A DNA stretch of 56,727 nucleotides from a virus (taxonomy: Duplodnaviria > Caudoviricetes), in IMG/VR virus record IMGVR_UViG_3300027759_000110, positions 1 through 56,727 of that record. One strand, given 5' to 3'. Of the stretch, positions 56,222 through 56,727 are shown in pieces. The notes under the pieces are model-generated. The model had not been told where the DNA came from, searched no databases, and saw nothing but the letters and a program-made list of their open reading frames with translations. Positions within the stretch are counted from its first letter, which is position 1. Every line of letters starts with the position of its first letter. The translations under genes and the position numbers were made by a program.

Positions 56222-56250
56222 TTGCAATGGTTTAAACGTAGTGGTATAAA
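56222..56250 (+). promoter_or_regulatory. Sigma70-like promoter
   Basis: TTGCAA-17 bp-TATAAA with TG extension; GTTTAAAC in the spacer. Confidence 0.6.
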
Positions 56251-56259
56251 CATACTAAT

Positions 56260-56332
56260 CCGGGCTTTCCGGTGTATCAAACAGTCCCGGCTGACGACAT
56301 ACAGATTGATACACTTAACTTGTATGTAAGGA
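56260..56332 (+). ncRNA. Pseudoknotted 5' leader candidate
   Basis: Three interleaved complementary pairs, the last abutting the AAGGA RBS. Confidence 0.5.
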
Positions 56333-56340
56333 CACATATC

Positions 56341-56727
56341 ATGGCACGTACCACGTTTCAAGGCCCAGTTCGTTCATTGGGCGGCATTTATCAACAAGGC
56401 CCAGCTACTACTGTTGAAATCACAGCAAGTACCACATTAAGCCCAGAGGCTCATGGTGGTCGTATTATTTCTATTGGTGGTTCTTTGGCTGCTGCATTGA
56501 CATTGACTTTGCCAGCAATTAACACATCAGCAAACTCTGTCACATCTGGCCCCGGTCAAGACCCAAGCACAGTCAACAACGAAGGCGTTGTTTACACAAT
56601 CTGGGTTCCTACTACCATCTCTACAAGTTCCTTGAAGATTGGTACTAACGGCACTGACAAATACATTGGCACAATTGTTATGAATGACGTTGATTCAGAC
56701 GGAGCCGCTTTGGTTGGCTTTTCAGCC
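56341..56727 (+). CDS. Virion structural protein (head fibre/decoration-like), 3'-truncated
   Basis: MARTTFQGPVRS... open to the window end; AAGGA RBS; follows the major capsid gene. Confidence 0.6.
   Translation, partial: MARTTFQGPVRSLGGIYQQGPATTVEITASTTLSPEAHGGRIISIGGSLAAALTLTLPAINTSANSVTSGPGQDPSTVNNEGVVYTIWVPTTISTSSLKIGTNGTDKYIGTIVMNDVDSDGAALVGFSA

Noticed and set aside
7640-56237. GTTTAAAC as a cloning (PmeI linker) artefact
   Set aside because: Sites sit in frame within intact conserved genes (terL, portal, primase-helicase, MoxR) without disrupting them, and natural one-mismatch variants are also frequent.
56291-56300. Hammerhead ribozyme suggested by CTGACGA
   Set aside because: No correctly placed GAAA core or stem II/III geometry.
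1-56727. tRNA, rRNA, CRISPR array, integrase, reverse transcriptase/DGR, DNA polymerase, DNA methyltransferase
   Set aside because: No cloverleaf with a T-loop, no regularly spaced repeat-spacer array, and no catalytic motifs for these enzymes were recognised by eye. Absence applies only to this window.

Overview
This window is most of a tailed dsDNA phage genome with podovirus-like (short tail plus ejection protein) architecture. From left to right: (1-8.6 kb) a P22-style ejection-protein trio and an S74-chaperone tail fibre interrupted by homing endonucleases; (8.6-10.2 kb) lysis genes; (10.2-28.5 kb) a tail hub protein, a second unrelated set of ejection-like proteins and a 3019-aa polyvalent protein; (28.5-35.1 kb, minus strand) small middle genes plus SSB, Sak3-like annealase and PD-(D/E)XK exonuclease; (35.1-40.4 kb) RusA, HNH genes and a T7-gp4-like primase-helicase; (40.5-46.6 kb, minus strand) early genes including a MoxR AAA+/HExxH/vWA trio; a non-coding divergence region; then TerS, a LexA-like wHTH, TerL, portal, GroES, scaffold and major capsid. 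I found no DNA polymerase, integrase, tRNA, rRNA or CRISPR array. The strongest unexplained signals are: at least 52 copies of the palindrome GTTTAAAC (about 1 expected; none in the first 7.6 kb); an oriC-like phased array of DnaA boxes at 47.1-47.2 kb; two separate ejection modules that share a synonymously conserved 21-aa peptide on polyproline tethers; and several repeated structured RNA leaders. All protein calls come from motif recognition by eye, with no database searches, and all counts are manual.
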